Shown here one piece after another: positions 1 through 10,050 of a stretch of 64,000 nucleotides of DNA. The translations under genes were made by a program, and so were the position numbers. Positions within the stretch are counted from its first letter, which is position 1. Each line of letters opens with the position of its first letter. The notes under the pieces were generated by a model. It had not been told where the DNA came from. It did not search any database and saw only the letters and a program-made list of their open reading frames with translations. Where the stretch lies: positions 2,170,001-2,234,000 of the forward strand of contig OZ218961.1 in assembly GCA_965112735.1 (NCBI GenBank), read 5' to 3'. The stretch comes from Phaeosaccion multiseriatum (lineage: Eukaryota > Protista > Ochrophyta, other classes).

Positions 1-9
1 GCCAAGGAG

Positions 10-2775
10 ATGACAGAGTTTGTGGGGAAAATGAGGTGTTTGCAAGAAGGTGCTGCCGATTCGACCATTCGAGGCACTCTGCAAACGGCGCTACACGCAT
101 TGCAGGAAGAACTGTTTTGTATCTCGGAAGACTTCTTGGTTGGGAGCTGGTGGCGTAAGTTCCTGAATACCTCCACGCTCCAAGGGAACATTGACAAGCT
201 TGGAGGCGAGCTTCAATCGGCTTTGAGCAACTTCATGGCCTCTCAGGTGTTCGCCGCGGTAATGGACACGCAGCAACTCGTCACGGAGAACAATAACTTC
301 GTCAAGGAGAACAATGAAATGTTGCGACAGCGTCACCCCCAACGGCAGGAACGGGAGAAAGCGCCCATTCCGAAGCAGGCCCCACGTCTCAGCAACACGC
401 ACATCCCGAGGGCCGAAATGGAGGAGAGGACAGCACTAAGGCTGATTGAGATTGCGGAGATGGGAGAGCCGCTTCCGGACGAGCCGCTCCTCCCCGTGGT
501 GGTGTGCCATGGTGCGGGGGGGATGGGCAAGTCCGAGGCAGTGCGGGCCGTGATTGAGAGGGACGACGTCCGGAAGCAGTTCAAGAAGAACGGCATTCTG
601 TATCTGCGTGTGGGGAGGCTGCATCAAGAGGGGGCCGAAGAGGAGGGAAGCACCAAAGCTGACATGCTCCTGTCGCTGATGCAGACGCTCATGAACGACT
701 TTGGTCTGAATGTGGGGCTTGGGCTGCCGGACGAAGGGCCGCAACATATTCAGCACTTCCGGGAAGCTTCCGACTTTGCTTCTGCGATCGCCACACACGT
801 TCATAAGCACTCCTCGAGATGCTTGTGCGTTGCAGACGACGTGTGGGATGCCGACGTTCTGAGCATGCTCCGCAAGACGGGGCTTCAGCTGCTGGTCACG
901 ACGAGAGTCAAGGGGCTGCTCCCCTCAGAGGAGTCTGACTGCGTGGAGGTGAGGCGCATGGAGGAGAAAGCGTCGGTGCAGCTGCTGTTGAGGGACACAG
1001 CTGGCACTCGCGTTCCTGATGATGGTGAGGGGTTGTATAAGGCCATCTTGCTTGTTGCAGAGTGGTGCGGGAGGCACGCACTGGCGCTGTCAATGGCCGG
1101 GCGTCTCCCTCAAGTAGAGAGCAAGCCGGATGAGGAGCAAGCCTGGCTCGATTTGGCTCAGGACATCAAGAAAGGGCTCGGCGAGAACAGGGAGGGTAGT
1201 TCGATTGACAATATGAAGGCCGCGCTGGGCAGGGTTCTCACACTCAGCATCGACGCACTGCCTGACCCACTCAAAAGCCGTTATCTGTACCTGGCGGTCC
1301 TTCCAAGGGGCAGGGGAGCGAGCGAGCTCATGCTGAGGTCGTTGTGGGCCTATGACGAGCCTGCAGTAGCAGAAGCAGTGGCTCAGCTTGCGGATCGATC
1401 TCTGCTGGAGAGGTGGGGCCATGGCGGTGCGGTGCCTCACGAGCTGCAGCTGGACTTCATTGCCAATGCCATCAAGTCAGACATGCACAAGTGGGACTTG
1501 AAGACGGCTGTAGCGCGTCAGTCTGGCTTCTTGTCCCAGCAGGAGTGCATCGCTGGGAACGTGTGGGCCGACAGTGTTTCTAAGCAGGATGGCACGACTG
1601 GCGGTACAGAGTACGGCCTTGGTGGTGGATATGCGTATGTCGGGTACTGGCGCAGCACGTGGGAGCTCGCTCAGTCGTCGTCGGACATGGTGGTGGACGC
1701 GGTGATGAAGTCACTCGCGGAGGAAGAGTCTCACACAACGGGGGTGAGTAGAGCACGCCATTTGGAGTCGTGTGCTGAGTTATTTGCCATGGTAGTGAGA
1801 GGCGTGGAAGCGGAGGCGCTCTACCGCAAGGCCATGGCGATTAATGAGGAGGTGCTGCCTGCCAACCACCCGCACCTGGCCGGGTCGTACAATAGCCTCG
1901 GTAACCGTCTCCGCGATCAGGGCAAGGCGGAGGAGGCGGAGGTGCTGTACCGCAAGGCCATGGCGATTCGTGAGAAGGTGCTGCCTGCCAACCACCCGCA
2001 CCTGGCCAGGTCGTACAACAGCCTCGGTAGCCTCCTCAGCGATCAGGGCAAGGCGGAGGAGGCGGAGGCGCTCTGCCGCAAGGCCATGGCGATTTTTGAG
2101 GAGGTGCTGCCTGCCAACCACCCGCACCTGGCCATATCGTACAACAACCTCGGTTTATTCCTCTGGAAGCAGGGCAAGGCGGAGGAGGCGGAGGCGCTCT
2201 ACCGCAAGGCCATGGCGATTCGTGAGGAGGTGCTGCCTGCCAACCACCCGGACCTTGCCAGGTCGTACAACAGCCTCGGTAGCCTCCTCAGCGATCAGGG
2301 CAAGGCGGAGGAGGCGGAGGCGCTCTGCCGCAAGGCCATGGCGATTCGTGAGGAGGTGCTGCCTGCCAACCACCCGGACCTGGCCGCCTCGTACAACAAC
2401 CTCGGTAACCTTCTCAAGAAGCAGGGCAAGGCGGAGGAGGCGGAGGCGCTCTACCGCAAGGCCATGGCGATTTTTGAGGAGGTGCTGCCTGCCAACCACC
2501 CGCACCTGGCCATATCGTACAACAACCTCGGTTTATTCCTCTGGAAGCAGGGCAAGGCGGAGGAGGCGGAGGCGCTCTACCGCAAGGCCATGGCGATTCG
2601 TGAGGAGGTGCTGCCTGCCAACCACCCGGACCTGGCCATGTCGTACAACAACCTCGGTATCCTTCTCCGCGATCAGGGCAAGGCGGAGGAGGCGGAGGCG
2701 CTCAGCATGAAGGCCATGGCGATTCGTGACGGGGCGGTGTCTGCCAACCATCCGCACCGGGCCAGCGCGTATTAA
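10..2775 (+). CDS. NLR-like protein: MLKL/HeLo-like helical N-terminus + NB-ARC (STAND NTPase) + 7 x 42-aa TPR repeats; probably 5'-truncated by the window edge
   Basis: Walker A GAGGMGKS, Walker B CLCVADDVWD, LLVTTR, GLPL-like CGRHALALSMAG, MHD-like PHELQLDF. C-terminal TPRs with consensus AEEAEALYRKAMAIxEEVLPANHPxLAxSYNxLGxxLxxQGK. The frame is open back to base 1. Confidence 0.9.
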   Translation: MTEFVGKMRCLQEGAADSTIRGTLQTALHALQEELFCISEDFLVGSWWRKFLNTSTLQGNIDKLGGELQSALSNFMASQVFAAVMDTQQLVTENNNFVKENNEMLRQRHPQRQEREKAPIPKQAPRLSNTHIPRAEMEERTALRLIEIAEMGEPLPDEPLLPVVVCHGAGGMGKSEAVRAVIERDDVRKQFKKNGILYLRVGRLHQEGAEEEGSTKADMLLSLMQTLMNDFGLNVGLGLPDEGPQHIQHFREASDFASAIATHVHKHSSRCLCVADDVWDADVLSMLRKTGLQLLVTTRVKGLLPSEESDCVEVRRMEEKASVQLLLRDTAGTRVPDDGEGLYKAILLVAEWCGRHALALSMAGRLPQVESKPDEEQAWLDLAQDIKKGLGENREGSSIDNMKAALGRVLTLSIDALPDPLKSRYLYLAVLPRGRGASELMLRSLWAYDEPAVAEAVAQLADRSLLERWGHGGAVPHELQLDFIANAIKSDMHKWDLKTAVARQSGFLSQQECIAGNVWADSVSKQDGTTGGTEYGLGGGYAYVGYWRSTWELAQSSSDMVVDAVMKSLAEEESHTTGVSRARHLESCAELFAMVVRGVEAEALYRKAMAINEEVLPANHPHLAGSYNSLGNRLRDQGKAEEAEVLYRKAMAIREKVLPANHPHLARSYNSLGSLLSDQGKAEEAEALCRKAMAIFEEVLPANHPHLAISYNNLGLFLWKQGKAEEAEALYRKAMAIREEVLPANHPDLARSYNSLGSLLSDQGKAEEAEALCRKAMAIREEVLPANHPDLAASYNNLGNLLKKQGKAEEAEALYRKAMAIFEEVLPANHPHLAISYNNLGLFLWKQGKAEEAEALYRKAMAIREEVLPANHPDLAMSYNNLGILLRDQGKAEEAEALSMKAMAIRDGAVSANHPHRASAY
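1810..2772 (+). repeat. 126-bp coding tandem repeat (TPR array, 7 units + cap)
   Basis: Near-identical 126-nt units with variation confined to a few codons; units 3 and 6 share the same variable block, as do units 2 and 4. Confidence 0.95.
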
Positions 2776-2986
2776 GCGGAACCCTCTTGAGGCTCATCTT
2801 AAATGCAGGTGGGGTGAGGGGGGAGGGGAGGGTGCGTGACGTCATGTGTTGGTAATTGTCGGGTCGAGTAAAACTGAAGCAAAGTGAAGGTGTCGTCGAC
2901 AGAGCGGTCACACACACGCTCTCCGCTCCTGCTCTCTTTGACTCCCTCCCTCCCTCCCTCCCTTGTCTGTCACCTCCGACTCACAG

Positions 2987-5536
2987 GGCATCGTCGCGCA
3001 AGTGAGTCGCACCGGAGTGGTAGCCCCTGTGGCTCTACTTGAACCTCTCACAGTTGGCGGGTGGTGGTGAGCAAGGCCACCCTCCACAAGAGCAGCCAGA
3101 TGCAACGGTTGGGTCTACGTGAGGGTGACAGAGTCGTCGTCAGGCGGGTGATGACGTGATTTCTTATGTGGTGAGGGTTGTGTCGACTGAGGAGGAGCGC
3201 GAGGAGAGGAGCCAGACAGGTCAAGCCGGGGTCGATACTGGTGTCGATATCGATGTCGATGTTGATGGTGTCGACAATGCCTCGGTTTCCGAGTCGAGAG
3301 GTGCGCCCCTGAGGCTGCCCACGCACTGCCCTGCTTGCGGCACGGAACTGATACCAGGCAGTCAGGCCAGTCATATGGGCAGCACGGGGGGAGAGGAAGA
3401 CGAGGGTTTCCCAGTCGAGAAAGAGCAGCAGCAGCAACAGCAACAGCAGAAGGAGGGGGACGAGGACGATGACGACGACGACGAGGAGGAGGAGGAGGAG
3501 GAGGAGGAGGAGGCAGGCGGAGAAGTGGCCACCCGCTGTCCCGCGGGTCTGCGCTGCTCTGCCCAGGCTGTGCTGCGTCTGAGGCACTTTGTGAGCCGTG
3601 ATGGGATGGACATCAAGGGCATCGGAGGCAACAAACTGCAGGAGCTCTTTGACGCAGGCATCGTTACCAGCCCCGTCGACCTCTTCCGGCTGAGAGAGAC
3701 CACTGCTCTGCCACCACCACCGCCACTGCAAGAGGAAGTGGAGATGGAAGGGAAAGGGGAGGGGGAGGGAGAGGGGCGGAAATCCGCTCCCAAGAGCAAG
3801 GGGCGCAAGCGGGCACGGGTCAAGAAGGCGAGTGTGGTGTGTGTGTGTTTGTGCGTGTATGTGTGTGTGCGTGCGTGTGTGTGTGTCTGTGCGCACGCGT
3901 GTGTGTAAAGTGTGCGCGTGCCCCTCCCCTACCTCAACTAACCACCCCTACCCCCCTCCCCATCCACTGCCGTCTCCACCCCCCTCCTCCCCCTCCACAT
4001 CCATTGCCATCCCCTCCCGTCCACTGCCATCCACCCAGGCTCTGACAGGGGACGCCGCCCTCGCTGCCGCCATGCCCCCTTCGAGCTTGGCCGAGAGGGA
4101 CGGGTGGGGGCCGCTTTCAGCCTTCAACCTTCTCAGAGCTGTGGACAGGGCTCGCACAGAGGGTGAGTGGAGGGAGGAAGAGAGGGAGGGAAGAAGGGAG
4201 CGGGTGATTGAGTTATTGTGTGAATCAGTGAGTGAGTGAGTGAGTGAGTGATGAGTGAGTGAGTAGGTGAGTGAGTGAGTGAGTGAGTGAGTGAGTGAGT
4301 GAGTGAGTGAGTGAGTGAGTGAGTGAGTGAGTGAGTGAGTGAGTGAGTGAGTGAGGAGTGAGTGAGTGAGCAAGTATGAGTGAGTGTGTGTGTGAGTGAG
4401 TGAGTCACCGCCCCTCTGTCCCTCCCTCTCCCTCTCTCTCTCAATGCGTCTGCAGCGCTGGGGATCCGTCACTTCGGGGCCAAGACGGCACAGCTCACCG
4501 CCGAGGCCTACGGAGGAGACTTTGAGGAGTGGTGGAGAGAAGCCACAGCAGCGGCTGCAGCACTGGGCGATACAGCAGCAAGGGGTGGTGGTGCAGCAGG
4601 GACGAAAGAGGGCAGTAGTGAGGGGCGAGAGGAGCAGCAGAAGGAGGAGGGGAAGAGGGGACAGGCGGGGATAGACACAGCAGTTGGTGATTCAGCAGCA
4701 GCGGCGGCGCCGGTATCGCCAGAGTAGAGCAAGGTACTGGCCAGCGTGATCCCTGGGGTGGGGCCTGTGGCAGTTGGTTCTCTGGTGGAGTTTGCGAGCG
4801 ACGCTGCCAACTGTGAAGTGGTGGAGGGGTTGGCTCAGCACCTCACATTCGCCAATAATAGTGATGGGGGGGATGGGAGCAGTGGGAGGAGGGATGGAAG
4901 GGATGCAGAGGCGTATGGGCAGGGGCTGACGGGCGAGTGGCTGCGAGGCAAGGCCGTGGTGTTTACGGGCACACTGGAGAGGTAAGATTACGTAAGGCAG
5001 GGAGGGCGGTGCGGTATGAGGTGCGGTGGTACCATGTGGGGCTCGATATTGACATGAAGAAGCTCGATATTTTATTGAGATTGAGGAGGAAGCTCGATGT
5101 TGACATTGAGGAGGAATCTCGATTGTTCGAGAGAGAGAGGCTTCTGTATGCTTCTACTTGCGTGGCATACATGATACCGATCAACCAACCGACCCACCAC
5201 CCCGTTTGCTTCTCTCTGTGTGTCCGCTGTGTGTGCCGTGTGGTGCTGTCTCCTCCTATCTCCCTCTCTCTCTGCGTGTGTGTGTGTGCGTGCGTGTGTG
5301 TCTGTACGCCTCCTTCCCCTCCTCCTCGCCTCAGGATGCCCCGCGACGAAGCCAAGCGTCTCGCCGAGAGCTTTGGAGCGCGAGTGACGGGCGGAGTGAG
5401 TGGCAAGACTCAGCTCCTCGTGGTGGGCAGCAACCCTAGGGGAAAGCTCAAGAAGGCAGAGGAGCGGGGGGTGGAGTGCGTGAGTGAGGCGGAGTGGTTA
5501 CGGAGGCTGAGCTGGGAGGGGAAGGGGGAGGGGTAG
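2987..5536 (+). pseudogene. ligA: NAD-dependent DNA ligase C-terminal half (OB-fold, Zn finger, HhH, BRCT), intron-containing and disrupted
   Basis: [21 protein letters not shown] (OB fold); PTHCPACGTEL..RCPAGLRCSAQ (Zn finger); HFVSRDGMDIKGIG, GWGPLSAFNLL, ALGIRHFG, IPGVG (HhH); KAVVFTGTLER/MPRDEAKRLAESFGARVTGGVSGKTQLLVVG (BRCT). Two -1 frameshifts near 3060 and 3148, in-frame TAG at 4725-4727, no adenylation domain in the window. Confidence 0.88.
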
Positions 5537-6469
5537 AGGCGGGTGTACTTCCGTTGGTGATACAGCCTGCCAGTTGGTGGTACGTGGTACAGCCAGCGGC
5601 ACGCACTTGGCAGAGCGAGAGGTTCGGGGCGGTCGATGGAGGAAGGTAGGCAGAGGGGTGGGAGAGAGGGAGGGAGGAAGGAAGGCCGTGCCACAGGCCA
5701 ATCGCCGCCATAAGACTGGCTGGAGGGCACGTCCCTTGAAAACCCTTCGCGTACCGACCGAGTGCAGCATCGAGCCACCTCCCGGCACCGCGGCGCCGCG
5801 GCCTTCAAGTCATTGGCCCGCTGGCTTGCTGGGGCACTTTTGACATTGATGCTTCGTCTCCCCACCCCAAACAAACGACAAGCAGCGCTTCCCAGTCCCC
5901 CCCAGTGCTCGTAGCTCATACCGAGGGAGTCACTAAGCAAGGGATAGGCTGAGACGCAGAGTAATGTTGTAATGTGACGGGCACTTCTTTTGTGAGGCAG
6001 TCCACTGGAGCGCAGCCATGTGCAAAGGGTCAGGCAGGGCCACACACAGGCCCCCAGTGGCTTTTGCTACTTGGGCAAGGCATGCCTTTGAGCAGCCGAG
6101 CGGCGGTGGAGCATACAGCATGCGTGGCTGCTGTCAGAGAGTCAGAGAACCCCACGACAAGCTGAAAGCGCCGCGGCGGCCTGTTTCCTGTTTCTGGCCG
6201 GCCCGAGACGGCCTGTTTCGTGTTGCCAGAAGGTAGTAGGTGGACACTTCGAAACAGAGGTCGAGCTAGTCACATGGGCGTACAAAATAATAATAATAAT
6301 AATAAAATAATAACACCCCTTTCTCCAGAGCCAAAGCCAGCCTGGCAGCCAGCCTTGTCTCTATCAGCTTTATCCCCGAGCCATCCTATAAACGACCGAC
6401 CTGCTGGGAGGTGAGTGAGAAACGGCCACGCCCTCATCCCCATACCTGCCTTTCTGTCTTCCCTCTCAG

Positions 6470-9352
6470 GTGTTCGCGCCGGTAATGGAGAGGCAGCAAC
6501 TCGTCACGGAGAACAATGCCATGTTGCGACGGCGTCAACCCCAACGGCAGGAACGGGGGAAAGCGCCCATTCCGAAGCAAGCCCCACGTCTCAGCAGCAC
6601 GCACATCCCGAGGGCCGAAATGGAGGAGAGAACAGCACTAAGGCTCATTGAGATTGCGGAGATGGAGCAGCCGCTTCCGGAGGAGCCGCTCCTCCCCGTG
6701 GTGGTGTGTCATGGTGCGGGGGGGATGGGCAAGTCCGAGCTAGCGCGGGCCGTGATTCAGAGGGACGACGTCCGGAAGCAGTTCAAGAAGAACGGCATTC
6801 TGTATCTGCGTGTGGGGAGGCTGCATCAAGAGGCGGATGAAGAGGGGAAAGCTGACATGCTCCTGTCGCTGATGGACACGCTCTGGAGCGACTTTGATGC
6901 GAAAGTGGTGCTTGGGCCGCGACAAGATACTCAGCACTTCCGGGAAGCTTCCGACTTTGCTTCTGCGATCGCCACACACGTTCATAAGCACTCCTCGAGA
7001 TGCTTGTGCATTGCAGACGACGTGTGGGATGCCGACGTTCTGAGCATGCTCCGCAGGACGGGGCTTCAGCTGCTGGTCACGACGAGAGTCAAGGGGCTGG
7101 TCCCTTCAGAGCAAGGCGGGGGGGTGTTGGAGTCTGACTGCGTGGAGGTGGGGCGCATGGAGGAGAAAGCGTCGGTGCAGCTGCTGTTGAGGGACACAGC
7201 TGGCACTCGCGTTCCTAGTGTTGGTGAGGGGTTGTTTAGGGCCATCTTGCTTGTTGCAGAGTGGTGCGGGAGGCACGCACTGGCGCTGTCAATGGCCGGG
7301 TCGCTCCCTCAAGTAAAGAGCAAGCCGGATGAGGAGCAAGCCTGGCGCGGTTTGGCTGATGACATCAAGAAAGGGCTCGGCGAGAACAGGGAGGATAGAT
7401 CGATTGACAATATGAAGGCCGCGCTGGGCAGGGTTCTCACACTCAGCATCGACGCACTGCCTGACCCACTCAAAAGCCGTTATCTGTATCTGACGGTCCT
7501 TCCAAGGGGCAGGGGAGCGAGCGAGCTCATGCTGAGGTCGTTGTGGGCCTATGACGAGCCTGCAGTAGCAGAAGCAGTGGCTCAACTAGCGGATCGGTCT
7601 CTGCTGGAGAGGTGGGGCCATGGCGGTGCGGTGCCTCACGAGCTGCAGCTGGACTTCATGGCCAATACCATCAAGTTAGACAGGCACAAGTCGGACTTGA
7701 AGACGGCTGTAGAGCGCCAGTCTGGCTTCTTGTCCCAGCGGGACTGCATCATTGGGAACGTGTGGGCCGACAGTGATTCTGAACAGGATAGCACGGCTGG
7801 CGGCACAGAGTACGGCCTTGGTGGTGGATATGCGTATGTCGGGTACTGGCGCAGCACGTGGGAGCTCGCTCAGTCGTCGTCGGACATGGTGGTGGACGCG
7901 GTGATGAAGTCACTCGCGGAGGAAGAGTCTCACACAACGGGGGTGAGTAGAGCATGCCATTTGGAGTCATGTGCTGAGTTATTTGACATGGTAGTGAGAG
8001 GCGTGGAAGCGGAGGCGCTCTACCGCAAGGCCATGGCGATTAATGAGGAGGTGCTGCCTGCCAACCACCCGCACCTGGCCGGGTCGTACAATAGCCTCGG
8101 TAACCGTCTCCGCGATCAGGGCAAGGCGGAGGAGGCGGAGGTGCTGTACCGCAAGGCCATGGCGATTCGTGAGAAGGTGCTGCCTGCCAACCACCCAGAC
8201 CTGGCCATGTCGTACAACAACCTCGCTAACCTTCTCCGCGATCAGGGCAAGGCGGAGGAGGCGGAGGCGCTCTACCGCAAGACCATGGCGGTTCTTGAGG
8301 AGGTGCTGCCTGCCAACCACCCGGGCCTGGCCGTGTCGTACAACAACCTCGGCTTATTTCTCAGAAAGCAGGGCAAGGCGGAGGAGGCGGAGGCGCTCTA
8401 CCGCAAGGTCATGGCGATTGATGAGGAGGTGCTGCCTGCCAACCACCCGGACCTGGCCTCCTCGTACTACAACCTCGGCGTAGTTCTTACGGAGCAGGGC
8501 AAGGTGGAGGAGGCGGAGGCGCTCTACCGCAAGGCCATGACGATTCGTGAGGAGGTGCTGCCCGCCAACCACCCGAACCTGGCTATGTCGTACAACAACC
8601 TCGGTACCCTTCTCAGCGATCAGGGTGAGGCGGAGGAGGCGGAGGCGCTCTACCGCAAGGCCATGGCGATTCGTGAGGAGGTGCTGCCTGCCAACCACCC
8701 GGACCTGGTCATGTCGTACGACAACCTCGGTAACGCTCTCATTGATCAGGGCGAGGCGGAGGAGGCGGAGGCGCTCTACCGCAAGGCCATGGCGATTCGT
8801 GAGGAGGTGCTGCCTGCCAACCACCCGCACCTGGTCATGTCGTACGACAACCTCGGTAACACTCTCATCGATCAGGGTCAGGCGGAGGAGGCGGAGGCGC
8901 TCTACCGCAAGGCCATGGCGATTCGTGAGGAGGTGCTGCCTGCCAACCACCCGGACCTGGTCATGTCGTATGACAACCTCGGTAGCGCTCTCATCGATCA
9001 GGGCAAGGCGGAAGAGGCGGTGACGTCTTACCGCAAGGCCATGGAGATTCATCAGGAGGTGCTGCCTGCCAACCACCCGCACCTGGCCTTGACGTACAGC
9101 AACCTCGGATCCCTTCTCCACGATCAGGGCAAGGCGGAGGAGGCGGAGGGGCTCTACCGGAAGGCCGTGGCGATTAATGAGGAGGCGCTGCCTGCCAACC
9201 ACCCGGACCTGGCCTTGTCGTACAGCGCCCTCGGATCCCTTCTCAGCGATCAGGGCAAGGCGGAGGAGGCGGAGGCGCTCTACCGCAAGGCGATGGCGAT
9301 TCGTGACGGGGCGGTGTCTGCCAACCATCCGCACCGGACCAGCGCGTATTAA
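6470..9352 (+). CDS. NB-ARC-TPR NLR-like protein, paralog of 10..2775, lacking the N-terminal helical domain; 10 TPR units (first in-frame ATG at 6485)
   Basis: Same NB-ARC motifs and high identity to copy 1 from VFA onward; intact ORF; preceded by a pyrimidine tract ending in CAG at 6467-6469. Confidence 0.9.
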   Translation: MFAPVMERQQLVTENNAMLRRRQPQRQERGKAPIPKQAPRLSSTHIPRAEMEERTALRLIEIAEMEQPLPEEPLLPVVVCHGAGGMGKSELARAVIQRDDVRKQFKKNGILYLRVGRLHQEADEEGKADMLLSLMDTLWSDFDAKVVLGPRQDTQHFREASDFASAIATHVHKHSSRCLCIADDVWDADVLSMLRRTGLQLLVTTRVKGLVPSEQGGGVLESDCVEVGRMEEKASVQLLLRDTAGTRVPSVGEGLFRAILLVAEWCGRHALALSMAGSLPQVKSKPDEEQAWRGLADDIKKGLGENREDRSIDNMKAALGRVLTLSIDALPDPLKSRYLYLTVLPRGRGASELMLRSLWAYDEPAVAEAVAQLADRSLLERWGHGGAVPHELQLDFMANTIKLDRHKSDLKTAVERQSGFLSQRDCIIGNVWADSDSEQDSTAGGTEYGLGGGYAYVGYWRSTWELAQSSSDMVVDAVMKSLAEEESHTTGVSRACHLESCAELFDMVVRGVEAEALYRKAMAINEEVLPANHPHLAGSYNSLGNRLRDQGKAEEAEVLYRKAMAIREKVLPANHPDLAMSYNNLANLLRDQGKAEEAEALYRKTMAVLEEVLPANHPGLAVSYNNLGLFLRKQGKAEEAEALYRKVMAIDEEVLPANHPDLASSYYNLGVVLTEQGKVEEAEALYRKAMTIREEVLPANHPNLAMSYNNLGTLLSDQGEAEEAEALYRKAMAIREEVLPANHPDLVMSYDNLGNALIDQGEAEEAEALYRKAMAIREEVLPANHPHLVMSYDNLGNTLIDQGQAEEAEALYRKAMAIREEVLPANHPDLVMSYDNLGSALIDQGKAEEAVTSYRKAMEIHQEVLPANHPHLALTYSNLGSLLHDQGKAEEAEGLYRKAVAINEEALPANHPDLALSYSALGSLLSDQGKAEEAEALYRKAMAIRDGAVSANHPHRTSAY
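8009..9349 (+). repeat. 126-bp coding tandem repeat (TPR array, 10 units + cap)
   Basis: Same consensus as the first array with different variable residues; units 6-8 share LVMSYDNLGxxLIDQG. Confidence 0.95.
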
Positions 9353-9584
9353 GCGGAACCATCTTGAGGCTCATCTTAAGTGCAGGTGGGGTGAGGGGGG
9401 AGGGGAGGGTGCGTGACGTCATGTGTTGGTACTTGTCGGGTCGAGTAAACTGAAGCAAAGTGAAAGTGGGATGACAGAGCGGTCACACACACGCTCTCCG
9501 CTCCTGCTCTCTTTGACTCCCTCCCTCCCTCCCTCCCTCCCTTCCATCATCGTTGACTACAACTTATACACCGCCGACTCACAG

Positions 9585-9800
9585 GGCATCGTCGCGCAAG
9601 TGAGTCGCACCGGAGTGGTAACCGCTGTGGCTCTACTTGAACCTCTCACAGTTGGCGGGGTGGTGGTGAGTAAGGCCACCCTCCACAACAGCAGCCAGGT
9701 GCAGCGGTTGGGTCTACGTGAGGGCGACAGGGTCGTCGTCAGGCGGACGGGTGACGTCGTTTCTTTTGTGGTGAGGGTTGTGTCGACTCAGGGGGAGCGC
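9585..9800 (+). pseudogene. ligA: Duplicated ligA OB-fold exon fragment
   Basis: [66 protein letters not shown]; in frame here, but the ligase sequence ends immediately afterwards. Confidence 0.85.
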
Positions 9801-9914
9801 GAGGGGAGGAGACAGGCAGGACGAGCAGGGGTCTATGTCGACGTATCGATGTTGATGATCTCGACAGAGGAGAGCAAGGGGCCGAGGCCCATACCACAGC
9901 AGTTGGTGATACAG

Positions 9915-10050
9915 GAGAAGGAGTGCGCCATCTGCTGGGGAGGCATCTCGGGTGCACTGGTGGTGGTGCTGCCCTGCATGCATGCACAGCCCGTACCACG
10001 AGAGCTGTGCCCACACGACCATGGCCAAGGTCAAGTGCCTTACTACCAGA
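9915..10050 (+). pseudogene. Degenerate RING-H2 finger fragment
   Basis: ECAICW..VVLPCMH, then after a frameshift YHESC..KC; the final Cys pair is degraded. Confidence 0.55.

Larger units (their letters stand above)
6462..9865 (+). repeat. Second copy of a ~3-3.4 kb segmental duplication (copy 1 about 238-3276)
   Basis: Homology starts at CCTCTCAGGTGTTCGC and runs through the NLR, its 3' flank and the ligA OB-fold exon, ending near GATGTTGATG..TCGAC. Confidence 0.9.

Noticed and set aside
6170-6272. Imperfect hairpin (CCTGTTTCG..CGAAACAG) followed by CTAGT as a Helitron 3' end
   Set aside because: Hairpin size and spacing are atypical, and no matching 5' end or second copy is visible.
1780-9334. 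Long alternative-frame and antisense ORFs over the TPR arrays
   Set aside because: These are shadows of a GC-rich coding repeat.
1810-9349. Conserved repeats with variable inserts resembling a CRISPR array or DGR variable region
   Set aside because: The units are in-frame 42-codon TPRs, variation is not adenine-specific, and there is no cas or reverse transcriptase gene in the window.
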